Part shown: piece by piece, positions 43,548 through 52,293 of the stretch
Layout of the letters: every line of letters starts with the position of its first letter
How positions within the stretch are numbered: the first letter of the stretch is position 1
IMG/VR virus record: IMGVR_UViG_3300020044_009895
Span: 1 to 52,293 of that record
DNA: 52,293 bases
DNA from: a virus
Taxonomy: Duplodnaviria; Caudoviricetes
Direction: 5' to 3' (one strand)
Program-made: the position numbers and the translations under genes
Notes under the pieces: generated by a model
The model's database searches: none
What the model was told of the DNA's origin: nothing
What the model saw: the letters and a program-made list of their open reading frames with translations, nothing else

Positions 43548-46285
43548 TGAGCCCCCCTACGGATTTCCCAAGGCTGCTTCATGGTTCGGACCTGCATCTT
43601 CATGTCGGTTGGCGCCAGTGCTGCCGTGTTCACAGGTTGGATGGGGTTGCTGTCGAAGTCGATCACGATGGGCCTGCCTTGCCTGTCTGCCAGCCTGGCG
43701 TCACCCGAGCGCAGCACGTACTTGTTGTCGCCCACGTTCTCCAGCGGCAGGTCTTTCAGGTGGCTGGCCATGACGTTCTCGGGCAGCATGCCGCGGCGTT
43801 CCATGTCATCAATTCGACGGTACAGCCCATCCTTGAACTGCCCGTAGTCGTGTCCCCACGGCATGGTGATGTACCGGCCGTTGTACTTGTCGATGCCACC
43901 GGTGGCCATCTTCATGGCGGTGTCGAAGCGTTGGGCATTGATGGCATCCCCATCCTGGTTGCCGGCGTCCGATGTCAGCTTGGCGTATATGGCCTTGGTC
44001 ACCTGCAGGAAGGCGTTGCGGGTTTCTGGCGCACCAGCGAAGGTGGTGTTGGCCGTGCTGTCGAACTGCTTGTCGAACTTGCTGTCGGGCGGCATGGTGA
44101 CCAGCTTGCCACCGCTGGGCTTGCCATCCATCTGCCGGTTGGGCTGCAGTAGGGCTTGGCCGGCAAGGATGAGATCGGACACCCGTTTGGCCTGCTGTGG
44201 TTCCAGCTTCACCCCAACGTCGGACACCATGTGGGCTCGGCCGGCATGAACTCCTGCGGCTGCGGTGACCGGATCGTCCGGCGCCAGTTGGGCCATGATG
44301 GCTTTGTACCCATGCATGTCAGTACCCGCAGCTTGGGCAATCTTGCCGAAGATGACAGACTTGCCTTCCGGGTTGGCGTTCTTCAGGGCGGTCGTGGCCA
44401 AACCTACTTCTTCGGTGGTCAGCGGCTTGATCGGGGCGCCGTACTGCTGGTTCATCCCTCGGGCCAGGGATATGCGGGCCTGCAGACTGTTGGGTTGCAG
44501 GGTGTCCGGCTTGCTCAGGTCGATGGGTGCGGCGGCTTGGTCGTCGGCCTTGATCAGCCCTTGGCGTACCGCATAGGTGGTTGGATCCTCCCGAAGCGCC
44601 GTTTTCTGGGCTTCGTGGATTGCCTGAAACCGTTGGATCATGGTGACGTCAAACTTCATCTTGTCGGCGCCGGATACCGCTTTGGCTACCTTGGCTGCAT
44701 AGGCTGCAGGGGTTGTGCCAAGCGCATCCTTGACGTCGTCCCGGATGGTGCCGTCTGCCTTGATTGCACCACGGCCGCCAATGTAGGCTGCGGCTGTTTT
44801 GGCCACATCGCCGTTGTAAAAGTTGAAGTCGTCGGTGATCTTGCGCAGCGCAGCATTTACCCGGTCGTTCTCGTTGTCGTAGGATTCGCCCGGTTTGGCG
44901 TACTGCTTGAAGGTGTCCGGCATGATCTGCATCGATCCGCTGGCGCCTTGCGGGCTCACGGCTGCTGCTGGATCTGCGGTACCGCCGGATTCCACCCCAC
45001 GGATGGCTTTGACCAGCGCCTGGAAGGTGCTCAGGTTGTTCCGCACCCCTTCCCCGCTTCGGGCGGCTACGGTCAGGCGGCTGATCTCCTGGGCCTGTTG
45101 GGCGGGCGGCATTAGGCGGAACTGCCTGGCCATGGTCATGGTGTTGACCAGTTCGTCCACTTCCGCTTCCATCGGGGTGCCGCGTGTCATCCCTACCAGC
45201 GGGCTGATCTGGTCTATCGTGGGCTCAAAACCTGCCAGCGCAATGCCCTGCAGCTTCTTGATGTCGGCGCCTACCTGTTTCTCCCAGCGGGTGTACTGCA
45301 TGTCCTGCCGTTTGGCCACGGTATCAATGCGGCTCAGGATCTGGGAGCGGATGGTGTTCTTGCGGGTTTCGTCCAGTTGCTTGTCTGCAATGACGTCCCG
45401 CTCGAGCGCTTCCAGCCCTTTGGGGTCGTCACGGACTGCCAGGAAGGCGTTGTTGTACCCGGCCGCGATGCCCTTCTGGGTACCGTCTTTGACGGCTTTA
45501 GCCAGCATGACCGACGTTTCCTTGTCGATCTGACCGGCGTTTTTGTTGTACCAGTCTTGCGCGTAGGTGTAGCCTTGGCTGTTCCCAGCCTCACCAACTG
45601 CCAGGGCTTGGGCTATCACCGATGCGTGGATCTTGCTGGCGTCTTGGATCATCACGGACTTGGTATATTCCGCCGGCCACCCCTCGGATTCAGCCCGTTG
45701 CTTGACGGCCGCTTCAATCCGGCCAAGGCTGATGTCGATCGCTTCCGGGTTGTTCCACTTTGCTGTGGCGTTCCGGGTTTCCAGGTTGACGATGCCGTCG
45801 TACACCTCTTTTCCGTAGACACTTCCCTGGCTGACCATGTGGTTCAGCACCCCACCTTTGAACTCCAGAGCTGCCACATTGGCGCGGCGGGTGAACAGGG
45901 CCCGTTGCTCGTCGTTGTCCAGATCGGCCGCGGAGGTCTGCACGGCCATCTCGAACTTGGCGCCGTAGTCTTTCAGGAGCGGCTTGGTTACTGCATTTGC
46001 CCCTTTCTGCTGCACGAATCCGTCTGGTCCGGTGGTCAGGTTCAGCTGCTGTTCACGCAGTTTGGTGAAGGCTGCCTCGGCTCGGAGGGTATCTGCCTTT
46101 TCCTGCTCATGCTTGATGCGGAGGTGGAAGTTGTTGCCGAACTCCTCTACCGTCGCACCTGCTCTTGCAAGTGCTTGGCCTGGGGCTGTTATGGCCCCTT
46201 CGTCCACGGCGTTGTACCGGGCAATCCCTCCGACCGGCTGGGGGATGGCCTTGGGTAGTGCGTTCTCGTCGAGTAGTTTTGCCAT
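43544..46285 (-). CDS. Internal virion/ejection protein with lytic transglycosylase (SLT) domain
   Basis: Start MAKLLDE (TGATG overlap); VESGG...AVSPQGASGSMQIMPDT...AAAYIGG. Confidence 0.8.
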   Translation of the reverse strand: MAKLLDENALPKAIPQPVGGIARYNAVDEGAITAPGQALARAGATVEEFGNNFHLRIKHEQEKADTLRAEAAFTKLREQQLNLTTGPDGFVQQKGANAVTKPLLKDYGAKFEMAVQTSAADLDNDEQRALFTRRANVAALEFKGGVLNHMVSQGSVYGKEVYDGIVNLETRNATAKWNNPEAIDISLGRIEAAVKQRAESEGWPAEYTKSVMIQDASKIHASVIAQALAVGEAGNSQGYTYAQDWYNKNAGQIDKETSVMLAKAVKDGTQKGIAAGYNNAFLAVRDDPKGLEALERDVIADKQLDETRKNTIRSQILSRIDTVAKRQDMQYTRWEKQVGADIKKLQGIALAGFEPTIDQISPLVGMTRGTPMEAEVDELVNTMTMARQFRLMPPAQQAQEISRLTVAARSGEGVRNNLSTFQALVKAIRGVESGGTADPAAAVSPQGASGSMQIMPDTFKQYAKPGESYDNENDRVNAALRKITDDFNFYNGDVAKTAAAYIGGRGAIKADGTIRDDVKDALGTTPAAYAAKVAKAVSGADKMKFDVTMIQRFQAIHEAQKTALREDPTTYAVRQGLIKADDQAAAPIDLSKPDTLQPNSLQARISLARGMNQQYGAPIKPLTTEEVGLATTALKNANPEGKSVIFGKIAQAAGTDMHGYKAIMAQLAPDDPVTAAAGVHAGRAHMVSDVGVKLEPQQAKRVSDLILAGQALLQPNRQMDGKPSGGKLVTMPPDSKFDKQFDSTANTTFAGAPETRNAFLQVTKAIYAKLTSDAGNQDGDAINAQRFDTAMKMATGGIDKYNGRYITMPWGHDYGQFKDGLYRRIDDMERRGMLPENVMASHLKDLPLENVGDNKYVLRSGDARLADRQGRPIVIDFDSNPIQPVNTAALAPTDMKMQVRTMKQPWEIRRGAQ

Positions 46286-46899
46286 CAGACTGCATCCCAA
46301 TCCCAAGAAGCTGCCGCCATGCTATCGGATGAATTTTCCCTGATCGGCGCCTGGTTTCCTCCGGTCTTGCTCTCGGTGCCAAAACCGTATTTGTTGAACA
46401 GGCTGCCTGCACCCCTGAACAGGGCGGTTCCTGCTGCAGTGCGGTAGGCTTGGTCCTTGAGGTACCCAGCTTCCTCGGCCACCATTCCTTCGTAGTTCCG
46501 GGCGGCTGCCTGCATCCTCATGCTGCGGGCTTGGTCCTCACCTTGGTATAGCGCCACGTTTGCGTTGTAGGCACCCCGAGCACTGGTTCTGCTGATCAGG
46601 TTGATGATGGTCGGGTCGCTTGCCCCACCACCCCCAGCAGCGGCTACGGCAAGAATGCGGCTTTCCACCAGACCTGCTTGGCGTCTTGCTTCTGCTGCTG
46701 CGATCTGGCTGGAGGCTTGGGCTTGACCGGCGTTGATCAGGTACTGCTCGGCCTCGAACTGGGCTGCCACCTTGCGCCGTTGGCCGGCAATGATGGACTG
46801 CTCCCCCATACGCAGGTTGCCGCTGGCCTCTCCCAACGAGCCCAGAATGGTGAAAGCGGCCGGGGCTATGCTCTTGAAGTTGCTCAGGCTGAAGTCCAT
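46285..46899 (-). CDS. Internal virion protein (T7 gp14-like position)
   Basis: Ala/Gly/Gln-rich helical protein; synteny. Confidence 0.6.
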   Translation of the reverse strand: MDFSLSNFKSIAPAAFTILGSLGEASGNLRMGEQSIIAGQRRKVAAQFEAEQYLINAGQAQASSQIAAAEARRQAGLVESRILAVAAAGGGGASDPTIINLISRTSARGAYNANVALYQGEDQARSMRMQAAARNYEGMVAEEAGYLKDQAYRTAAGTALFRGAGSLFNKYGFGTESKTGGNQAPIRENSSDSMAAASWDWDAV

Positions 46900-47252
46900 G
46901 GCTGCCTTCCATATAGGTTGCCGCGGATCTGGGTGAAGCCGGCATGCCGAAGCAGGGTTTCTGCTCCTGCTATGCAGTCATCCTTCATGGCGTGGAGTGG
47001 GAGTTTACGTGTTCCGACCATCAGGTTCAGCAGTTTCATGCCACGGATGATGGTGCGCTTGTCCTTGCGTAGCTCGTCGGTCAGCTTGATGAATACGATG
47101 TACCGCTCTCCGTCCGGGAAGTACCCTGCCACCCCGATCGTGCGGCCGGCTGCCTGCGCTGCAATCCCCTTGACGGTGACTGCTGGGGGCTGGTCGCAGA
47201 AGGAGTCCAGTATTTCCCTGGTCAGGGGCACAAGTTTATTCAATTCCGTCAA
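46884..47252 (-). CDS. GNAT-like virion-module protein (T7 gp13-like position)
   Basis: TIGVAGY...ETLLRHAGF; synteny after the nozzle gene. Confidence 0.55.
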   Translation of the reverse strand: MTELNKLVPLTREILDSFCDQPPAVTVKGIAAQAAGRTIGVAGYFPDGERYIVFIKLTDELRKDKRTIIRGMKLLNLMVGTRKLPLHAMKDDCIAGAETLLRHAGFTQIRGNLYGRQPWTSA

Positions 47253-49995
47253 CGTCCAAAATGGCAGCCAGCACAGTTGCGGGCCTTGGGGCTTGGCCTT
47301 GCAGGCACAGGCGAAGGTCCGGATCCCAATGGCCGGGGAAAATGAAAGCTACGTCGTCGTATTCTGTCCGGATGGTGTTGGCCGGCACTGGCACACCAAG
47401 TTCTATGCTGGGCATATCGTTGAGCGGGTTTTCGGTGTTGTCAAACTCGGTGCCAAACTTGAGCCCTTTGGGGTGCAGGTTGACGGCAATCACCCCAAGC
47501 TGGGAGATGGTCTTTTGCTTGGTCAGGGCTGTGCCTCTTGGCAGCTGCATGATGGTTGCCAGTTTGCCGCTCTTGAACCTTGCCTTGTATGGCAGTCCGA
47601 CCACCACGTTGCTTGCCGCGGTTGCCAAGGTGATCTGGCCACCGGTGACCGTGTAAATCAGGCTGGTCGAGCCGTCCGAGTTGTCGGTCGTTCCAACGTC
47701 GGCGCCGTCAGCCCAGACAACCACTTCCTCGCCTTCCAAGTGGCTCAGGCCGGTGATAACCGTCGCAGGTGCTCCTGTGTAGGTGATGTAGCTGTCGGCC
47801 AGCAAACACAGCTGGTCCAGGCCTGTGCATTCCGCCTCGGTTGCCCAGCGTTCAAGACGGCGGCTGGTGGAGCCGTTGATGGTGCGCTTGACCAGGTAGT
47901 AGGTGTGGTCCTCGTCCTCGTCCGAATCGCCTGGGAGGGTCACAACGTCCTCGATCAGGCCGCTTGCCCCATCGCTTTCCACCTCAGTCCAGCAGATGAC
48001 GTTCTCGATCTTGTCGAATACCAGCAGCGCCACGGTTCCGTCTGACCGAACGAAGTGCACCCGGGTGTCCGGTTGGCGCTGCACATCCATGCGGATAATG
48101 CCTGGGGAGCCAATCTCCGGGCAAAGCTGGGACAGTTGCTGGCTGCCGTAGTCGTAGGCGGATGCATCAAAGTCCAGCCCGAATACCCGATACCCTCCAG
48201 ACTTCACGTAGATGCCGTTGCTGTCGACCGCCACCGCTTGGACCGGCGCTGATCCCTGGCGGCTGGCCGGCTTGATGTTGAAGTTGGTCGGAGTCAGGGG
48301 CTCGTCCAGGCTGTTTGACCTGCAGGAGTGCTCTGCTCCTTGGCCTCCAAGCATCAGCCTTTGAAGCGGCAGGATCCAGTTGATGGTGTCTACAGGCCCA
48401 GATCCAATGCTGCGGTTGATCGGGCCGCTGTCACCCTCGGTGTGGGAATCGAAGGAGTAGAAGGCGTCGGACACGGACAGGATGGCCTTGTCTTTTCCAG
48501 CCCATGCCAGCCTGCCTTCATAAAATGCCACACTTCCCGGGAATCCCTGTTTGTTTGACCATTGCCCCTCGGACCACGTATCGCTTGCGGTGGTCGCTCC
48601 AAAGTCGGTGATGATCTCGATGTCTACCACCGTACTGCTGGTGAATCCAGTCACCCGGCAAACCCCTTCAATAGTGCCGGTGGCGATTGTCAGGGAGGAG
48701 TTTGTCGTTCCTGCCCCCCCAAGAACCGACAGCAGCAGGCGGTAATAGACCGTCTGGTTGTCCAGGCCGTCGGTGTACGCCTCGGTGGTATCTGCCGTCC
48801 ATGACTTCCCAGAAACGGCCGCCCACACAGCATCGTCAAATGATCGCTGTAGGATGACAGTCCGACCGGCGCCGATCGCCGTCAGGTTGGATATCACAAT
48901 GGTGAAGGATCGGTCGGTTCCCGTTCCCGTGACCAGCATTGAATTGGTGGCGTCGTTCAAGGCCGCCATGGCTTTGGTGACGGTCTGGCCGACCGACGTC
49001 ACGGCAAATAGGGCACCCACATGGGTGGACTTGAAGTAGGGCACGCTTGCTGTCAGGGTCCCATTCCCCGACAACGCGCTGGGCGTCATGGTCGTGGGGC
49101 TGATGTTCTCGATCAGGAATGGTCCATCTTCGGTTTCGTACTTGACGCAGGACCAGCTTCTGGTGGCTCGGCGCTCGATCTTGTATTGCTGGTAGCCGAT
49201 GTTGTCAGACACCTTCCCACACCCAATGAACAGGATGTCGCCGGATTGCGCGTACCGGATGCGGCCAAGGTCAGCTTCTGCCCACGGTGCTGGGACTTCC
49301 ATGTCGCCGGCGGCCTCGATCGTGCAGTTGGACAGGTGCACGATGCGCTTCAGGCGTGATTGGAAGCGGATGAAGAAGTTACCGGTGGGCGTCAGGCTCA
49401 GACTATGACTTCCCGTCCCAAGGTCGGTCTGGCTGATGTAGTCGTCGGCGCCGCTGGTCGATCCTACCCGCAACGTTACAGGGCCCCTTGGGATGGTGAT
49501 CTTCAGGGCATGCTCCACCCCTATGTTTGCACCTGCCACTGTGACCTGCTGGGTTCGAATGGCGGCGGCTGTGCCGGTTCCGGTGAATCCGACCAGGCCA
49601 GCCGATATCCATGCCGATGTGGCGCCACCTTCGTCGTCGTCAGTCCAGCTGGAAAAGTTCGTAGGGAAGGTGCCGTTGGTGACTGCGCTGGTGACAGATG
49701 GCCGGGAAATGATGGTATCGCTTACGCGCACCCGCATGACGGCGTCGGTGAGCTCCACGATGGCCTTGTCATCGGTGGAAAACACGAACTTGAGGTGGCG
49801 GGCGGTTTTGTTGCCCTTGGTCTGGCTCAGGGCTTTCATGCCCGGGCGCAGGGTCATCGGTCCCAATACCCGCGGCAGCCAATTGGTCTGCATTTGGGCA
49901 GACATTGCCAGGCGCTTGATGTCGGTGCGGGCAAGTCCGAGGACTGAGACTATCCCTCGGTTGAATGCCAGAAATGCCGGGAACTGGCGCGGCAT
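47236..49995 (-). CDS. Tail tubular protein B / nozzle
   Basis: 919 aa; AFNRG.VS, G..TLRPG, YAQSGDILF, FPGSVAFYEGRL, VGLPY. Confidence 0.85.
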   Translation of the reverse strand: MPRQFPAFLAFNRGIVSVLGLARTDIKRLAMSAQMQTNWLPRVLGPMTLRPGMKALSQTKGNKTARHLKFVFSTDDKAIVELTDAVMRVRVSDTIISRPSVTSAVTNGTFPTNFSSWTDDDEGGATSAWISAGLVGFTGTGTAAAIRTQQVTVAGANIGVEHALKITIPRGPVTLRVGSTSGADDYISQTDLGTGSHSLSLTPTGNFFIRFQSRLKRIVHLSNCTIEAAGDMEVPAPWAEADLGRIRYAQSGDILFIGCGKVSDNIGYQQYKIERRATRSWSCVKYETEDGPFLIENISPTTMTPSALSGNGTLTASVPYFKSTHVGALFAVTSVGQTVTKAMAALNDATNSMLVTGTGTDRSFTIVISNLTAIGAGRTVILQRSFDDAVWAAVSGKSWTADTTEAYTDGLDNQTVYYRLLLSVLGGAGTTNSSLTIATGTIEGVCRVTGFTSSTVVDIEIITDFGATTASDTWSEGQWSNKQGFPGSVAFYEGRLAWAGKDKAILSVSDAFYSFDSHTEGDSGPINRSIGSGPVDTINWILPLQRLMLGGQGAEHSCRSNSLDEPLTPTNFNIKPASRQGSAPVQAVAVDSNGIYVKSGGYRVFGLDFDASAYDYGSQQLSQLCPEIGSPGIIRMDVQRQPDTRVHFVRSDGTVALLVFDKIENVICWTEVESDGASGLIEDVVTLPGDSDEDEDHTYYLVKRTINGSTSRRLERWATEAECTGLDQLCLLADSYITYTGAPATVITGLSHLEGEEVVVWADGADVGTTDNSDGSTSLIYTVTGGQITLATAASNVVVGLPYKARFKSGKLATIMQLPRGTALTKQKTISQLGVIAVNLHPKGLKFGTEFDNTENPLNDMPSIELGVPVPANTIRTEYDDVAFIFPGHWDPDLRLCLQGQAPRPATVLAAILDVDGIE

Positions 49996-49999
49996 TCGT

Positions 50000-50686
50000 T
50001 TACCCGATCAGGTTGCTGCGGCTGCCACCATCCCGCCAGTTGCTGTTGCCGTACCGACGACGGCTTTGTACCCACGATCCTGGCGCCATTGTCTTGGTGG
50101 GCCCAGCCCATGCATCCCGGTTCTGGGCCAGCAAGCGGGCGTTGTGCAGAATCCCGCTTTTGTAACCCGAACCATCAGGTCCAAGGATCTCGTTGGCCAT
50201 GCTGGAGTTGACCTTGTGCACCACTTTGGAGGCAAACCACGCCACCACAAACTCGCGGAAACTTACCGGCCAGATAGCCAGGTTGTTGCCGTACAGGCTG
50301 TCCGAGCTCACGTATTTGATGTAGAGCGGGTTGATCGATGACAGCCAGTATTGATTCTCATCGGAGTATTGCAAAACCGGGGCGCGGTAATATTCGTCGC
50401 TGCAAACGGACACGGTTTCCAGCCAATCGGTCGGTTTGTCAAAAGCGAACTGGTAGCCGAACTCTGGGGTGATGTCGTTGTTGTAGTCGAACTTGCTTGA
50501 CCGGGTAGCGAACTTCCACTGGCCCTGTTCCAGGCACGCCTCCACACCTCCAGCACCAACTCCAGCACCGTTCCACACGGTATCCAGAAGTCGGCGCCCT
50601 TCCTCGTTTACGTCAAGGCTGGAAATGCCACGCTGCCCCAACAGGAGCAGCGCGTCGTTGTAGATCTGGAGGCGGCTGGCTGCCAC
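50000..50686 (-). CDS. Tail tubular protein A / adaptor
   Basis: IYNDALLLLG...WKFATR...YQFAFDKPTDWL. Confidence 0.8.
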   Translation of the reverse strand: MAASRLQIYNDALLLLGQRGISSLDVNEEGRRLLDTVWNGAGVGAGGVEACLEQGQWKFATRSSKFDYNNDITPEFGYQFAFDKPTDWLETVSVCSDEYYRAPVLQYSDENQYWLSSINPLYIKYVSSDSLYGNNLAIWPVSFREFVVAWFASKVVHKVNSSMANEILGPDGSGYKSGILHNARLLAQNRDAWAGPTKTMAPGSWVQSRRRYGNSNWRDGGSRSNLIG

Positions 50687-51189
50687 TAGATGCCTGCCTT
50701 GATCCGGTCATCCAGCCACTTCATGGCCGAATCCTGGGACTCGGCGCCAGAATGCAGCTTCTGGCTGTCGCTGCGGCGGATGATGCACCATTTGTCGTGG
50801 GGGCCCATGTGCTCACAACGGAACTCAGCATACCGGCCTTTGACCTCGGACTGCGTCAGGCTCACATCGCCGGTGGTCAGTTTGTAGGCGTTCAGGATGT
50901 GCACCCGGGCCCAGTTGCGGGCGCTTTCCAGCACCAGCAGTTCTGCCAGCCATGCGCCGTCGTTTGCCCGGACTTCGATGCGGTCCCACGGTTTCAGGTT
51001 GGCCGACACATGCGCCCAGTATTCCGGTCGCAGCATGTCCTCGGGGACGGTGTTTTCCAGAGCGGTGGCTACCCACACGGTGCGCTGGAACTCCTGCTCT
51101 TTGATGCGTTCGCCTGGCATGGGTTGGCCTGGCTTGCGCTCCTCAACCGGCTTTTGGACCTGCTTGGGGGATTCCTTGGTTTCTGCCAT
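50686..51189 (-). CDS. Hypothetical protein between the head decoration and adaptor genes
   Basis: Start MAETKE at 51189 with GAGGAG SD. Confidence 0.65.
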   Translation of the reverse strand: MAETKESPKQVQKPVEERKPGQPMPGERIKEQEFQRTVWVATALENTVPEDMLRPEYWAHVSANLKPWDRIEVRANDGAWLAELLVLESARNWARVHILNAYKLTTGDVSLTQSEVKGRYAEFRCEHMGPHDKWCIIRRSDSQKLHSGAESQDSAMKWLDDRIKAGI

Positions 51190-51260
51190 TTCCTTCTCCT
51201 CTTGAATTGGGGGGCGCTCCCCGGGCAGCAGCTTGTACTGCTCCGGGAAGCGATCGCCGG

Positions 51261-51356
51261 TTAGGACGATTGGATTGCAGCGCCGATGGCGACGTTGAAG
51301 CCGGCCGTGCTGTTGGTGGTCACAATGACGCCGACCTGCATGTTCGGGCTGGTGCC
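51261..51356 (-). CDS. 3' end of a gene cut by the inversion junction (probably the same gene whose 5' end is at 1-93)
   Basis: ...GTSPNMQVGVIVTTNSTAGFNVAIGAAIQSS*; fits the circular gene order capsid, this gene, adaptor. Confidence 0.5.
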   Translation of the reverse strand, partial: GTSPNMQVGVIVTTNSTAGFNVAIGAAIQSS

Positions 51357-52293
51357 AAGACGGCCGCAGCCTACATTGGAGGCCGCGGTGCAATCAAGGC
51401 AGACGGCACCATCCGGGATGACGTCAAAGATGCGCTGGGCACAACCCCTGCAGCCTATGCCGCCAAGGTAGCTAAGGCAGTATCCGGCGCCGACAAGATG
51501 AAGTTTGACGTCACCATGATCCAACGGTTTCAGGCAATCCACGAAGCCCAGAAAACGGCGCTCCGCGAGGATCCAACCACCTATGCGGTACGTCAGGGGC
51601 TGATCAAGGCCGACGACCAAGCCGCTGCACCCATCGACCTGAGCAAGCCAGACACCCTGCAACCCAACAGCCTGCAGGCCCGCATATCTCTGGCCCGAGG
51701 GATGAACCAGCAGTATGGGGCGCCAATCAAACCGCTGACCACCGAAGAAGTGGGGCTGGCCACGACCGCCCTGAAGAATGCCAACCCGGAAGGCAAGTCT
51801 GTCATCTTCGGCAAGATTGCCCAGGCCTCCGGGACCGACATGCATGGGTACAAAGCCATCATGGCCCAACTGGCGCCGGACGATCCGGTCACCGCAGCCG
51901 CAGGAGTTCATGCCGGCCGGGCCCACATGGTTTCCGACGTTGGGGTGAAGCTGGAACCGCAGCAGGCCAAACGGGTGTCCGAGCTTATCCTTGCCGGCCA
52001 GGCCCTACTGCAACCCAACCGGCAGATGGATGGCAAGCCCAGCGGTGGCAAGCTGGTCACCATGCCGCCAGACACCAAGTTCGACAAGCAGTTCGACAGC
52101 ACGGCCAACACCACCTTCGCCGGCGCCCCGGAAACCCGCAATGCCTTCCTGCAGGTGACCAAGGCCATATACGCCAAGCTGACGTCGGACGCCGGCAACC
52201 AGGATGGGGATGCCATCAATGCCCAGCGCTTCGACACCGCCATGAAGATGGCCACCGGTGGCATCGACAAGTACAACCGCCGGTACATCACCA
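51354..52293 (+). repeat. Inverted, ~95% identical copy of 43864-44803 (fragment of the SLT ejection gene from a variant)
   Basis: Collinear without indels. About 50 substitutions counted by eye, nearly all synonymous (4 aa changes). Confidence 0.9.

Noticed and set aside
51217-51250. Hairpin CCCGG-GCAG...CTGC-CCGGG as a terminator
   Set aside because: The stem is imperfect and has no U-tract on the coding strand, so support is insufficient.
51261-51926. 221-aa minus-strand ORF as a real gene
   Set aside because: It is a fusion across the chimeric junction. Only the last ~31 codons look genuine; the rest is antisense of the duplicated fragment.
51354-52293. Diversity-generating retroelement TR/VR pair (the phage is BPP-1-like and has a diverged repeat)
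   Set aside because: Differences are at synonymous third positions of all base types rather than adenine-specific. The repeat is 940 bp and inverted, and no reverse transcriptase is present.

Overview
Nearly complete ~51-kb genome of an epsilon15/BPP-1-like podophage, roughly 58-60% GC by eye. The host is probably a proteobacterium (inference). No integrase, tRNA gene or CRISPR array is visible. A divergent promoter region at ~24.5 kb drives a short rightward early arm (Sak/Rad52, NinB, DnaQ-like exonuclease, PAPS-reductase-like gene). It also drives a long leftward arm: Cro-like gene, replication, helicase, methyltransferase, a sugar-biosynthesis cluster, terminases, portal, scaffold and capsid. 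That arm continues from the far end of the window through tail adaptor/nozzle, ejection proteins, fibre-like proteins and lysis genes. The standout feature is a pseudaminic-acid (nonulosonate) pathway at 10.2-18.3 kb: pseB, pseC-like, GNAT, pseI, pseF, PseA/WbuX amidotransferase, WbuZ/HisF2 and the Pse-associated methylase, interleaved with phage genes. Beside terL sits an orphan ORF (6167-7042) carrying the motifs of CstII/Maf-type CMP-sugar transferases, and there are several Ser/Thr-rich virion-like proteins. Together these suggest a phage-encoded system for glycosylating the virion, or the host surface, with a nonulosonate; this is inference. The last 940 bp are an inverted, synonymously diverged copy of 43864-44803, most likely an assembly or amplification chimera.
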